This document shows, in pieces, positions 13,699-27,142 of a stretch of DNA of 64,000 nt. The notes beneath the pieces were generated by a model that saw only the letters and a list, made by a program, of their open reading frames with translations, searched no databases and had not been told where the DNA came from. The position numbers were made by a program, and so were the translations under genes. The stretch is from assembly GCA_964016885.1 (NCBI GenBank), contig OZ024751.1:23808001-23872000 (forward strand), read 5' to 3'. Numbering within the stretch: position 1 is the stretch's first letter; every line of letters begins with the position of its first letter. This DNA is from Eledone cirrhosa. Lineage: Eukaryota.

Positions 13699-15349
13699 TT
13701 GTGTATTGTACTGTATGTATGTGTGTATATATATATATATGTAAGGTCGCTCTCGAGTGCTACTGGTAACATAAAACCCAGTACCACCTGTATCATAATC
13801 GGGTCGTCGGTGACTAAACCGGCAACCCCACCAAGCTTGCATGGTGAGGATGGTGATATTTGGACACTCTGCAAGACCCGCTGAAGAGCGGAGGAAATCA
13901 GCAGAGTCAACGGCCATCCAAATAGTACTATTTCTTTTTTTTTTTCACCTGGGAATGAAATGCCCCAGTTGTTGTCACAACACCTTTCTAATAGAGGGAA
14001 ACTCTGAAAAAAAACCTGCATCTTTGGGAACATCCGATGATGTTGACCAGTTTTCGTTTTCGGGTAGTATTTTCGATGCTCAGAGAGTGAGATTGGTGGA
14101 GTGCAAGGCTTTTCCCCGCTTAAAAAGACCTACAAATCCCAGGCATTGCTTGTTCAGAATATGTTACAGGTTCGTATGGCTAGCCGTAGCCTAAAGGTGT
14201 ACCATTTTCTGTAATCTGACAAGCGATTGTAATACTCTTAGCAGAGTTTGCAACCATCATATATGTATAAAGAATTACGGTTAACAGGAAAATTTACTTG
14301 TATAAAATTGTTTATTATCACTATCATTTCTTGAACTAGAATCTAAAATGGATGATTGCTCAAGGTGACCGTCGATATGCTAGACGACGAAACCGGATTG
14401 CTTTGACCCGAAACTAGAAACTGTACATACGTATGTGTTTCTATGGATCGATTGGAATTATAGAATATTCATTAATTCATAATACATTTATATGTAGTTC
14501 TTTATTTGTTTCAAATTTCAACATGTCTCCTCACGTTTAAGCTCATGGGAAAACTAACACTTACCTTTCTTTTACAAAATGTTGATATTACTTCGAACAA
14601 AACAAAACATCACACAAGAAAATAAACACATAACCAAATATACATTTATTGTATCAATCATTAATAGTCAATACGCAGAAGTATACTCTATATCAAACCA
14701 TTCTATTGACTATTATAATCTCGAAAATCTGTGTTTGAACCTTAAAAAGGTTGGACATGTGTGTTCATATAACAGATACATGAATTGATATATTGACAGT
14801 TAGACATATGCACACACACGCTTGCATATACACACCCTCCATATATACATATAATATGCATCTTTGTATATGTGTGGGTGCGTATAGTAAAACAGAAAGA
14901 GAGAGGTAGGGGGCGTAAGACAGAAAGAGAGTGCAAAAGAGGGATGGTTTAACAAGCAATGGATAAGAGAGGGAGAGACTGGTAGATAGTATTTAAATGC
15001 GTAAATATTTAACAAGATATCATTTCGTACATTGAAGTACAAGGTATATTTGATCGTCAAGACTAGCTGAACATCAATGTGTTTCTTGACAACAGTTGCT
15101 GAACACGTGAGCTGCCTTCTGTTTGAATTTCATACATACAACATATTGTGTGAAACACAAGTTATTTCAACTTGTCTCAATTGAAACGTTTCACGGATTT
15201 ACCAAAAATATTGTATACATTTAAGAGTGTATGTCTGCATCTGTTAATGTCTCATGAATGAAAACCTTTTACAGATATACATAGATTCACACGTCAAAAG
15301 TGTCAGAAAATAAAATAAAAGGAATATTTACTTTTAATTAGATATCGCA

Positions 15350-16489
15350 ATGAAAATAATATTCGTCTTACTGATATTGATTGCGACATCCGCTGGTAAG
15401 GAGGATAAGAGTGGCTTTACAAATAAATTATTGAAGAACTATCAGAAAAGCAATATACCAGTTGAAAACGATGGCGATGTCGTAGAAGTTGATGTACATG
15501 TTAAGTTAACGAATATTATTGAACTAGACATATTAAAAGGCGCACTTGCTAGCGAAGTTGTCATTGGAGTAAAATGGAACGATAGTAACCTTACCTGGAA
15601 TACAACGGAATATAATAGAACTTACATATCGGTGGAATTAAGTAAGATATGGTACCCTAATGTCCAAATATGCAACAGTGTAACCGGTAAATTCACCTTT
15701 GATGATGATTATGAAATCACTGTGAATTATGACGGAAGGGTTCACATGTATATAGATAAAATCTTCAATACTTACTGCAATATTAATAATGAAAAATATC
15801 CTTTTGATGAGCATCAATGCGATTTAACTGTTTGTATGGATCATCAGATGAATATGGAAGAAACTATAGATAAATTTTCATACAATATAACATATAAATC
15901 CACATCTAACAAATGGGATTTTAAGTTTGAAAGGGAGGATGTTCAGAAGGAAGATGTAATAACGGCTAGTGTCAAAATCTTTGCTAAACGAAGAGTTACA
16001 AGTGCAACTATTACTAAAATTATACCACCTATAATGTTAACACTGCTCATTCTATCTGTATATTTATTGCCAGCTGAATCTGGAGAGAAGGTTTCAGTTG
16101 CAATTACAATTTTCCTGGCAAACATTGTTTTTCTATCTGAAACTGAAAAATCACTGGGTAATAATTCTCATAAATCTTCTATATATCTACTATATCTTTT
16201 AATTCTGACCCTTGTAAGTGGTCTTTCTTCTATTGGATCTGTAATTGTGTGTAAACTTTATGTCTACCAAACAGCAAATAAAACTGATTCTACATCACAA
16301 CTTACACAGGAATCAAAAGGATCGAAGAATAAAGTCGGTGTTGTAGGAAGCGCAGAGGAGGAAAATTTTAAATTAAGTAAAACTCCGAAATTTTATATAA
16401 CGTGTCAAAAGCTAGACAGTATATTTCTTTTACTAACAGTAATATTCTTGCTACTTTACATCATTATTGCTTTAACATCTCTCACCTAA
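15350..16489 (+). CDS. Chemotactile-receptor-like atypical Cys-loop ligand-gated cation channel subunit (379 aa, intronless CDS)
   Basis: Signal peptide; loop A WYPN; Cys-loop CNINNEKYPFDEHQC (C-x13-C); no loop C vicinal Cys; four hydrophobic TM segments; ESGEK before M2; short M3-M4 loop. Confidence 0.95.
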   Translation: MKIIFVLLILIATSAGKEDKSGFTNKLLKNYQKSNIPVENDGDVVEVDVHVKLTNIIELDILKGALASEVVIGVKWNDSNLTWNTTEYNRTYISVELSKIWYPNVQICNSVTGKFTFDDDYEITVNYDGRVHMYIDKIFNTYCNINNEKYPFDEHQCDLTVCMDHQMNMEETIDKFSYNITYKSTSNKWDFKFEREDVQKEDVITASVKIFAKRRVTSATITKIIPPIMLTLLILSVYLLPAESGEKVSVAITIFLANIVFLSETEKSLGNNSHKSSIYLLYLLILTLVSGLSSIGSVIVCKLYVYQTANKTDSTSQLTQESKGSKNKVGVVGSAEEENFKLSKTPKFYITCQKLDSIFLLLTVIFLLLYIIIALTSLT

Positions 16490-18597
16490 ATAATGATGAC
16501 AACATTATAATACGCTTTCATAATATTCACTCTAAATGCAATCGTTTGAAAAAAGCACTCGCACAAAAATCCTCTATGTAATCCAAAGCGGAGTTTTAGA
16601 CACTTTCACTGCAATAGAGATGCAATATGTCCCAAGGACAGTATAACTATTCAGTTCGCCGTCAAATGGGGTTAGAAAACATTCCTGTCAAGCAGTATAT
16701 TTACACTAGTCACTTCTTCATCACATTTTCCAGTGAATTATATGACATCACATCGGTAGATTTTAGAAAATGTTTGATTAGAGCACTATAATCTACACTT
16801 CGTAAAATTGCACAATACCACCAGTTGAAGCAAACACAGTTTACAAAATAACTTTAGATAACACACAAATTAGAATTGGTAATGAGAACAAAGAAACAAT
16901 ACCAAGAAATGATCTACTTGATTTTATAATATTTAATTTTATTGTGATTCAAATTCGAAAATATCTGTTTATTTTGAGAAAAGAGAATATACTTACATGT
17001 TACTTGGCAATAATATGAAATGTTTGCTATGTTCTTATCCTCACAGAAGTCTTTATTTGGATGTAAATGTGAATCGATATTACGTTACCATTTTCGTTTC
17101 TATATCGATTATTACATGTTCATACATTGCTTTTAAAAGATCTCGTCTGTCCTTCGACATATAAACTCTAGGTGAAAGAATTTCACAAGTTTACACCCCA
17201 TTGAGGAGATGACTTTTAACTTACCGTATTCGACATCGATCAAAAGAAGTGTTCGAGATGAACGAATCATTTTCCCAGACAAATGATCTTTAATTTTATA
17301 CGACTGTAAAAATAAAATCCTAAACAATTTCATCATTTACATAGAAATTATTTCTACTTAGAAATATAACCTAATGACACAGAACCAGTATGATCCAGTA
17401 TTAATGAATTCCAAATAAATTTCTCATATTTTATTCCAAAATACGTATTGAATTATATTGTTGCATGATTGCAACCATAGTGATATAATGGATGTGATAA
17501 ATATTTTATATAACATAAACCATGTAATAAAACATGACAGGGCAATTGAAGTATTGTTGTTGAGAAATGACGTGGAAATGGGAGTGTTCATCTATAACGG
17601 TGAGAATTCCTTAGTTAAGACAATATCTGCGCTCAAAGTTTGCGCTCAGTCAACATAATTATTTCGTATGACACCCAAAATTGTTTAAAATATTTAAACC
17701 TCAATATGAACCATATATTGTTATCAACAAACCATCATCATCAAGAAAAACAACAACAACATCGACAACAACAAAACAAATAATGCAATCAGTATTTAGT
17801 ATAAATATTTGTCTGTGACCCTCGCGAATGAAATAATAACTCTTAAAGTTCTGTATCACGTGAAACTGCATTAGCAACGTCATGTTGACAGTACAAAACA
17901 GTAACCTTGAAAATGAACGTATTTATCCTAAAACTGCGTATATTTAAAAGGCCCGTCTATTTTGTATTTATATATCTTCTGCAATATCATTAGATGGTTA
18001 GACTTGAATATTTAAGACTTCAGACTTTTAACAAAGACGTCTCCATTTCTAAAGATGTCAAACACATTTTAATTAACATAACTGTCTTTAGATATTTTCT
18101 GCTAAATAATTATTTAATGTTAAGGGTTATATTTGATATAGAGATCTACAACTTCTCAGGTTAACGTATGTGGTTCCTCGTGGAGACTACACGCGGACAG
18201 GACAATCGTCGCTCACGGGAAAATTTCTGATTAAAATTATTCTTAGAAATAGTCAGCCATGACATAATTATTCCAAGGTACGAGATTCGGACTATTCAAT
18301 AATACAGGACACTTATCATATAACTAATTCAATGATGGAGTTTTGGTCATTAACAAAACGTGCTTATAAATCTGTGAAGGTTTGACTGATGATCTGTGTT
18401 ACCTAAAATGGATTAACGTGTCTTTTACTTATATATGCAGGAAAAATTATATTTGACATATTTTACATACACTTCAATTAAAACTGAAAGAAACACACAC
18501 AAACCCAAACACACAAACACCCACACATACACCCCACACCCCCACATATACATATATATACTCACATATATATGGATATATATATATATATATATAT

Positions 18598-18898
18598 ATC
18601 GTTTCTGAATTTGTTTAGCAAGATTCTTTATCTGAAATCGTGTGTTGAAACCGATATTGTTATACTTTGGGAGGGTCATGTTGCCAATAAGAAACACACG
18701 CACCAGTTGCTTTCACTTCAATTTATTATATATTTATAAATTTATAAATTTACAAATCTACAAACTTATAAATTTCTGGTTGGTTGGTTGGTTCCACAAC
18801 CAGATAGTTGTTTATATATAGTCATAGTCCTTTCGTGAAAGCAACTGGTGCGTGTGTTTCTTATTGGCAACATGACCCTCCCAAAGTATAACAATATA
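18598..18898. mobile_element. Short inverted-repeat element in (TA)n (PLE-end-like)
   Basis: 18652-18716 is the reverse complement of 18835-18898. Another copy at 62115-62352 and a related one at ~378-560. Confidence 0.6.
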
Positions 18899-18948
18899 TA
18901 TATATATAAATATATATATACACTTATGCTTACATAAACGCATACACA

Positions 18949-18994
<46 letters not shown>

Positions 18995-19012
18995 AACACT
19001 TGTATATATATA

Positions 19013-19056
<44 letters not shown>

Positions 19057-19061
19057 CATAA

Positions 19062-19137
<76 letters not shown>

Positions 19138-19716
19138 ATATACATATATATATATATATACATATATATACATATATATATATATAAGTATACGTGTGTG
19201 TCTGTGTGTGTGTATGTGTATATGTATGTGTATGTGTGTAGTGTGTGACTGTGTATAATACAAAGTTTTGTTACAAAATATTTAACATATATTTTCATAA
19301 ACAGTTTGTCACGAACACTTTTCCTTTTCGTTTGTATCACATATTCACATATTTTATGAGACACTTTAACTTGGAATTATAATTCATGAATTAAAATGCA
19401 TTAAAAACATTTCTGTTTGTTCATAGTAAATTCTTATTTAACGAAACTGTCACATTTTAGTAACACATCTATAATATTGCTAAGAAAGTGTAATAGATAA
19501 TTAGTCTTCTCTAATGGGATAGAACACTGTATGATTGATTTGAGTCGTCCAGTTATTCGAACAAAATAAAGGCCGCTTGTAAATTCAACGAACAGGTTGC
19601 TGAGTATTTCGTAAAAACCTGTTGGTTTCACGTAGTTTTCCTAGGCATTTAAGGTTACACACAATGTGTATCAAATACAGCCTAAACCATATTTATTCTA
19701 GCTGAGTTGACTAGAG

Positions 19717-19751
<35 letters not shown>

Positions 19752-19752
<1 letters not shown>

Positions 19753-19958
19753 GTTATTCCGGGTTGAATCGGAGGTAACCACAGTAAGTAAGGTACTCAA
19801 TACATAGCAGAGTATAACAGTTTTAATATAGAAGAGATTCTACAGGACTAGAACTGTTTCATTCATTAGAAATCATCAGGAATCTGGGTATGCCCAGATT
19901 CCTGATGATTTCTAATGAATGAAACAGTTCTAGTCCTGTAGAATCTCTTCTATATTAA

Positions 19959-19963
<5 letters not shown>
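19752..19963 (-). mobile_element. Palindromic PLE-end insertion: ~67 bp tail plus ~145 bp near-perfect palindrome
   Basis: Palindrome 19819-19963 with apex ctgggtatgcccag, flanked by (TA)n; contains an HHR on both strands. Confidence 0.75.
19896..19946 (+). ncRNA. Type I hammerhead ribozyme (mirror copy 19835-19885 on minus)
   Basis: AGAUUC-CUGAUGA-U.UUC-UAAU-GAA.U-GAAA-CAG-UUCUAGUC-CUG-UA/GAAUCU. 6-bp stem I, GUA cleavage triplet. Confidence 0.8.
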
Positions 19964-19989
<26 letters not shown>

Positions 19990-20528
19990 GGAAAATGTAT
20001 GACCACGACGGCAGATCTCAAGCCGTTTCGACGGCTATTTCTGGACTGGTGCGTTATGGTCCATCTGGTTCTTTACTACAACTACTTCGTTATATATATA
20101 TATATTTTCAAAGACAGACAAACACACACACAGACACACACACACACATACATGCAAACGCACACACACACACAAAATTAAAATGTCGGAAGATTAAGAA
20201 TCTTTATACATATCCTGTTATATAGGAAACACGGTAAAGATTTGAAAAAAAAACATTTGTTTTTATTTTATATACATAATTATATATATAGAAACAGCAT
20301 AAGATTTGGCCACAGTTACGTGAATGTGTCAATAAATACACTGCTAGCTGTGGAGAATTGTAATATTTCTATGGATTGTTTCCCTGTTCTGTATTTCAGG
20401 AATATCTGGAGACACTTTAAATACATAAGCAAAGATCCATAAGAACAGGAAACTGACTCGACCAAATTTAATTTCAGTTATGGTATTTTGGTATTTATTC
20501 TGGCGAACATTAATACTAAACCTTTATG

Positions 20529-20561
<33 letters not shown>

Positions 20562-20563
<2 letters not shown>

Positions 20564-20726
20564 CGAAGGAAAAGTGGTAAGGAACCAGGTGGACCATAAC
20601 GCACCAAAGTACTCAATACTTGAGGTAGTAGAGTGGGTAATAGGAACCAGTTAGACCCCGACAGCTGAGCTGTCCAGAATTAGCCGTCGAAACGGCTTGA
20701 GCTCAGCTGTCGGGGTCTTACTGGTT

Positions 20727-20730
<4 letters not shown>
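20562..20730 (-). mobile_element. Fold-back PLE-end fragment, dispersed family
   Basis: Matches the 3' end of the PLE at 35746-37788. Other copies at ~19989, 21722, 24760-25175, 37892, 48791, 54151 and 62488. Confidence 0.7.
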
Positions 20731-20773
<43 letters not shown>

Positions 20774-20978
20774 TAGGTTTGTTGGTTCACCATTGGATAG
20801 AACTGGTCATTCCGTATGGTCAATCCCGATGTAATATTATGGAGAGCACTCAACGTAATGCAACTCACCCGCCTTCGCCTGTGTAGTTGGTGGTGCGAGT
20901 ACGGAGTTAATTATCATAAAATAACAGGAGGCTGGACTGGTGCAAATCCTTGAAAGGTTTATTATACTATGATCATTT

Positions 20979-21082
<104 letters not shown>

Positions 21083-21083
21083 G

Positions 21084-21158
<75 letters not shown>

Positions 21159-21195
21159 GTATATATAAATATATATATGTATATATATATATATG

Positions 21196-21327
<132 letters not shown>

Positions 21328-21481
21328 TAATGTGTTTGACTGTATCTATGTATGAATATAAAAACCACAAACCCTACATCTCAATTCTACCTTTGAAAAG
21401 CAGAACTGCGAAACCAGTAAAGGAACCAAATAAATATATATTTAAAAAAAAGTCTCCAGTTGCATTTCGATTTTATCTTTT

Positions 21482-21615
21482 TTCCTTATACTTTCACTCA
21501 TACTTATTCCTTATACTTTCACTCATACTTATTCCTTATACTTTCACTCATACTTATTCCTTATACTTTCACTCATACTTATTCCTTATACTTTCACTCA
21601 TACTTATTCCTTATA
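21482..21615. repeat. 25-bp tandem repeat (~5 copies)
   Basis: ttccttatactttcactcatactta repeated. Confidence 0.95.
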
Positions 21616-21721
21616 CATTCACATATACTTTCACACCTCGTTTTTGTTTCATTTTGTAAAAAAAACCTCACTTTCTAATAATATATATATATATATATAT
21701 AGTTTTATATATATATATATA

Positions 21722-21919
21722 TAGGAAAATGTATGACCCCGACGGCAGAGCTCAAGCCGTTTCGACGGCTATTTCTGGACTCATTCCAGAAATAGCCGCC
21801 GAAACCGCTTGAGCTCTGCCGTTGGGGTCATACATGTTCCTATTACCCACTGTACAACCCTAAGTAGTGAGTACTCTTGTGCGTTATGGTCCATCTGGTT
21901 CCTTACCACAACTCCTTAG

Positions 21920-21922
<3 letters not shown>
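21722..21922 (+). mobile_element. Fold-back PLE-end fragment, same family as 20562
   Basis: Palindrome 21722-21842 plus ~80 bp tail, flanked by (TA)n. Confidence 0.7.
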
Positions 21923-21968
<46 letters not shown>

Positions 21969-21974
<6 letters not shown>

Positions 21975-23933
21975 ATTAAATAAATGGAAAACTATATTTA
22001 TAAAACCATATTTATTTCATTATATATATTTCGGGGATATCATATTAACAATATGCTATGCCTTCATCAGACAAAATACAATATAAACAGTTTTATAGAT
22101 AAATATATTCGACATACCGTAATAAACATCAACTTCATTTGAAGAGGTTTACTCTAGCAGTGAAAATACAGAAAGAAAGAGAGAGAGAAAAGAGGGAAAT
22201 AAGAAAGAAAGAAAGACAAAACGAAGAAAAGGAAGAAAAAAAGGAAGAAAAAGAAGAAAAAGAAGAAATGCATGGGACAAAATAGAGAGATGGAAAAATA
22301 GATAAAGCGAAGACCTTCATGTAAAGAGACAGAAAGAGATATATATATATAGAGAGAGAGGAAATAGAGATAGATACATATATAAATATAGTATACAATT
22401 GTTAAAAATAGTTAAAAATATAGTATACAATTGTAATGTTAATACTGACTCTAATTCTTTTAACTACGTCGGTTCCACATCGACGGAATTTAAACTTCGC
22501 TATAATAACCACAAGAATTCTTTCACAGATCCAAATAAAAAATCTTCAACGGCACTATCAGGTGTACTCTGGCAACTTAAGCTAGATAACGTTATATATT
22601 CGACGGCTTGGAATATAGTCTCAAGAGGGATTCCTTTTAATTCATCCTCTGAGACATGTGACCTCTGCGCAGAGGAGATATTCTTTATACTAAAATCTAA
22701 AAATTCCCTTAACCTACGGACAAATTTATTCAGTTGTTGCAAACATAGATTAAACTCAACGTTTAAATATAAATTTAAATTTAAAATGTAGTATATTTAG
22801 TTTGATTTATATTTATATGAGATAAATCTTTTGATTCCTAAATCTTTGATTCCCTCTTTTTACTTTTTTTATTGTTTATTTTATTTTATTTATTTTTATT
22901 TTTATTTTTATCTAAACATTCCTCATGAAAAATTAAGCTACCCTAAAAGCCGATGCTCCAAATTTTTTGAATTAACCTTACATTTGATAAACTTATATAT
23001 TAAATATAGGAACATATGTAGACATTATTGGACATCATAATCTTTTTTTTTGCGATATTCCTTGCTAGATGTGATTTGATGGATAATTTTTTGGCTTTGT
23101 CTTGTAGTGAACTTGGCAATATATTGTCAATTAACTTTGAAGGGTTGTTCTTTGTGGTTTATTTTTATTTTCATTTTTATTTTTATTTTTATTTTTATTT
23201 TTATTTTTATTTTTATTTTTATTTTTATTCTTTTAGTATTGTAGTATTCTATAATATTTTTATTTTTTATTTTATTTTATTTTTATTTTTAATATTTTCA
23301 TATGTAAATTTTTATTTTTATTTTTAATATTTTTAATATTTTTATATGTAAAGTTTTAATACGTAATATTTTTAATACGTAGTATTTTTAATATGCAATA
23401 TTTTTATTATGTAATATTCTTTCGTAATATTCTTTTTTTTTTAGTTTTCTATTCTATATTTTTATATATTTTTACTTATTATCATTATTATTGTTATCTT
23501 TGCTTATAATATAATATATATTTTCGATTAGTATATTGAAATCTGCTCTCTATTTCTGCTTGATAGATAATCTTGTAGAGTAATCGCAAGAATAATAATA
23601 CGCTCAAATTTTTATACCACATTGAGAATGTTTTCCGGTAACTTTGAATTTGCGGAGTGAATCAGTTGGATTCACATTGATGTTTGTAGCTGTCACATAG
23701 ACATATGAATTTTTTAAAAAACTAAACATAAGATAATGAATTTTCACGCATTGTGAATACTTGTTTCATTCAGGAATAATGATATTTACAATATAGTGTA
23801 AGTTTTATAAATACTAATACATTAAAACATAGGGTTTTCTACGCCTCGAATATGTCTGGCTATTTTTAAATTTTTTCTCTCTCTATATCTCTCTATATCT
23901 CTCTATATATCTCCCTTACATTAATACTTGAGC

Positions 23934-23964
<31 letters not shown>

Positions 23965-24537
23965 ATGCATCATTGATACACTTACTCAAAATGACCTCCC
24001 ACTACCTAATTTTTCTATATCTATATTTATATATGTATCTATCTCTATTTCCTCTCTCTCTATATATATATATCTCTTTCTGTCTCTTTACATGAAGCTC
24101 TTCGCTTTATCTATTTTTCCATCTCTCTATTTTGTCCCATGCATTTCTTCTTTTTCTTTTTCTTCTTTTTCTTCCTTTTTTTCTTCCTTTTCTTCGTTTT
24201 GTCTTTCTTTCTTTCTTATTTCCCTCTTTTCTCTCTCTCTTTCTTTCTCTCTGTATTTTCACTGCTAGAGTAAACCTCTTCAAATGAAGTTGATGTTTAT
24301 TACGGTATGTCGAATATATTTATCTATAAAACTGTTTATATTGTATTTTGTCTGATGAAGGCATAGCATATTGTTAATATGATATCCCCGAAATATATAT
24401 AATGAAATAAATATGGTTTTATAAATATAGTTTTCCATTTATTTAATATTGTAAATATATTCCAAGTATTTGTCGAGTGCTTTTATATCAGTTATAAATA
24501 TTTACTAGTTGTAACCCAACAATTTTAAATATAACTT

Positions 24538-24540
<3 letters not shown>
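21969..24540 (+). mobile_element. 5'-truncated Penelope-like element with an inverted pseudo-LTR
   Basis: GIY-YIG fragment 22399-22791 (IVY...YVGST..FKLRYNNH...CDLC..E...N.R...CKH). 21969-22391 is the reverse complement of 24021-24453. ~85 bp tail. HHR in the pLTR. Confidence 0.9.
24344..24409 (+). ncRNA. Type I hammerhead ribozyme (mirror copy 22013-22078 on minus)
   Basis: UAUUUUGU-CUGAUGA-stem II (CAUAUU/AAUAUG)-GAAA-UAUAUA-UA/AUGAAAUA. Palindromic stem III, AUA triplet. Confidence 0.8.
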
Positions 24541-24578
<38 letters not shown>

Positions 24579-24894
24579 GTATAGATATATATAAATATAT
24601 ATAAATATATATAAATATATAAATATATAAATATATATAAATATATATAAATATATATAAATATATAAATATATAAATATATAAATATATATATAAATAT
24701 AAAGTATAGATATATATAAATTAAAGTATATATATATATATTTAATGAAGTAAATGTTTAAAGAACCAGGTGAACCATAACGCACCAGAGTACTCGATAA
24801 TTAGGGGATTAGCCTCTGAAAGCCCCTCTTGTCAACATCTACAACAGGTTCTAGCTTCAATACACACCCACACGCACACACACATATATGTATA

Positions 24895-24942
<48 letters not shown>

Positions 24943-25171
24943 GGGGGAGGGGATGGGAATAGAATGAAGACCCTGACGGCTAGATCTACCTGTCGAATCG
25001 GTCGGAGCTCAGTCGTTGGGGTCCTGACTATTTTCCTATTACCCACTCTACTACCCTAATTATCGAGTACTCTGGTGCGTTATGATCCACCTGGCTCCTT
25101 AAACCCCAACGGCGGCTGAGCTTCAACCGATTCGACAGCTAGATCTTGCCGTCAGGGTCTTGATTCTATTC

Positions 25172-25238
<67 letters not shown>

Positions 25239-26328
25239 GAGTATATATATAATATGAGTATATATATATATAAATATATATATATGTGTGTGTGGGTGTG
25301 TATTGAAGGTAGAACCTGTTGAAGATGTTGGCAAGAGGGGCTTTTTCGTGTTTCTGTTTCAGAAATTCCTTCGCTGAGCTTTATGCTTTCCAGACTCATC
25401 TTATTCACCGAATAATTTCATTGTTCACGTCGTGTTCGATGGCTGTTGTTTGGCCGAGATACACACAACTTACCACCTACTACATTTCATCAGCTCCAAC
25501 CACAGTTTTCTGTCAAAGACAGCAATGGGCAACTATAACTCAGAGGACAAAGACCAGTGGCCTGTTGTCAACAGAGCTACAATATAAAATGTGGGTGACC
25601 GGCAGATTAAATATAGAAAATATTCAAAGAGTAGGAGGACAAGGAGAAGTGTATTGGCGCATAGAAGTGATTGGATTATCTTTCAGTTGACCACTGGCCG
25701 CACGTCTTATTCACGTGAGTCATTTTAGGCCATCGCTGTTTTAGCGATGAGGCTTTTCATTTCATATATATTTAAATACACTTCCGATTTGTCTCGATCA
25801 GAGGCAAATTTTTTTTATCATTTCTTTTTATCATAGCTATTATTATCTTTCTATTTTGAACAGACACCAAAGCTTGAGAACCATTAACGTATTATTTTAT
25901 TTTATTTACTTTCTTTCGTCCTTCTATCTGTACTGTTTGTTTTATCACACACACATCATACAAGCAACAAGATTTATTTTTCTGTTGCACGATCCAGGAA
26001 TTTGAAATGGAACTCTCAATAAACTGTTTTCAGAATGGTCTTGCTGAGAATTGAGACACTCCCACTGATTGATATTTTACTTCAATTTATATTAATAATA
26101 CTGTAGTTATTTTGTCCATCAGCTGGTAAATCATTGGATCAATTCATCACTTAATTGTCAAATTTCTTTCACCAAACTGACTGAAATCGTATCGATGATT
26201 TTACCGTTTGTGTCTCCTGTCCGTCTACACCCCCCACACATATATATATGATATATATATGTATATATACATATATATATGTGTGTATTTATATATATAT
26301 ATATATATATATAGTGTAGGTAGTACAC

Positions 26329-26399
<71 letters not shown>

Positions 26400-27142
26400 G
26401 GACACTTGTTTGTAAGTGTTTATGTATGTATTTAATTAAGTGAGCATGTACGTAAGTATGTTTGTATATATGTGTGTATGTGTGTATGTATGTATATATA
26501 ATTATAGTGAACGTAGGAACATTTTGTGCCTTTCAATTTTTATTCCCACTACGATTTGTTGAACCAGAACTTAAACAAAAAGACGATTAAACAAGATGGA
26601 CATCTATTTACCTGAATTATGCAGCATTCATTTAATCATAATACAATTCAATGTAGTCCTTTATTTACTTTAAATTTCAACGTCCACTCCCGTTTAAGCT
26701 CATGGGAAAATTAACACTTATCTATATTTTAGGAAAAGTTGATATTACATTGTAGAAAACAAAATGCAACATAAGAGAATATGAACAGAACAAAATATAC
26801 ATTTGTTATATCAATTATTAAGAAAAGTGAGTGGGAATGAGAGATTGAGTAACAAAACAATGGAAAGGAGAGGGAGATATTGGTATTTAAGTATTTAAGT
26901 GAATAAACATTTGACAGGAGCTCATTTTGTATATTGTAGTACAAGGTATATTTGATCTTCAAGACCAGATTTGCTGAATACGTGAGTCGATTTCTACTTA
27001 GACTTCCTATATGCAACATATATGAAGCACAAAATATTTTTACCTATCTAAAATTCAATGTTCCTTCATAGATAAAGCAACTACAATTATATACTGTAAA
27101 ATTACTTTAAAAAAACAACTTCTAATTTAATCATATATCACA

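Noticed and set aside
15264-15273. Possible splice acceptor of a 5' UTR intron (ccttttacag, also at ~39921)
   Set aside because: Plausible, but no identifiable donor or upstream exon without transcript data
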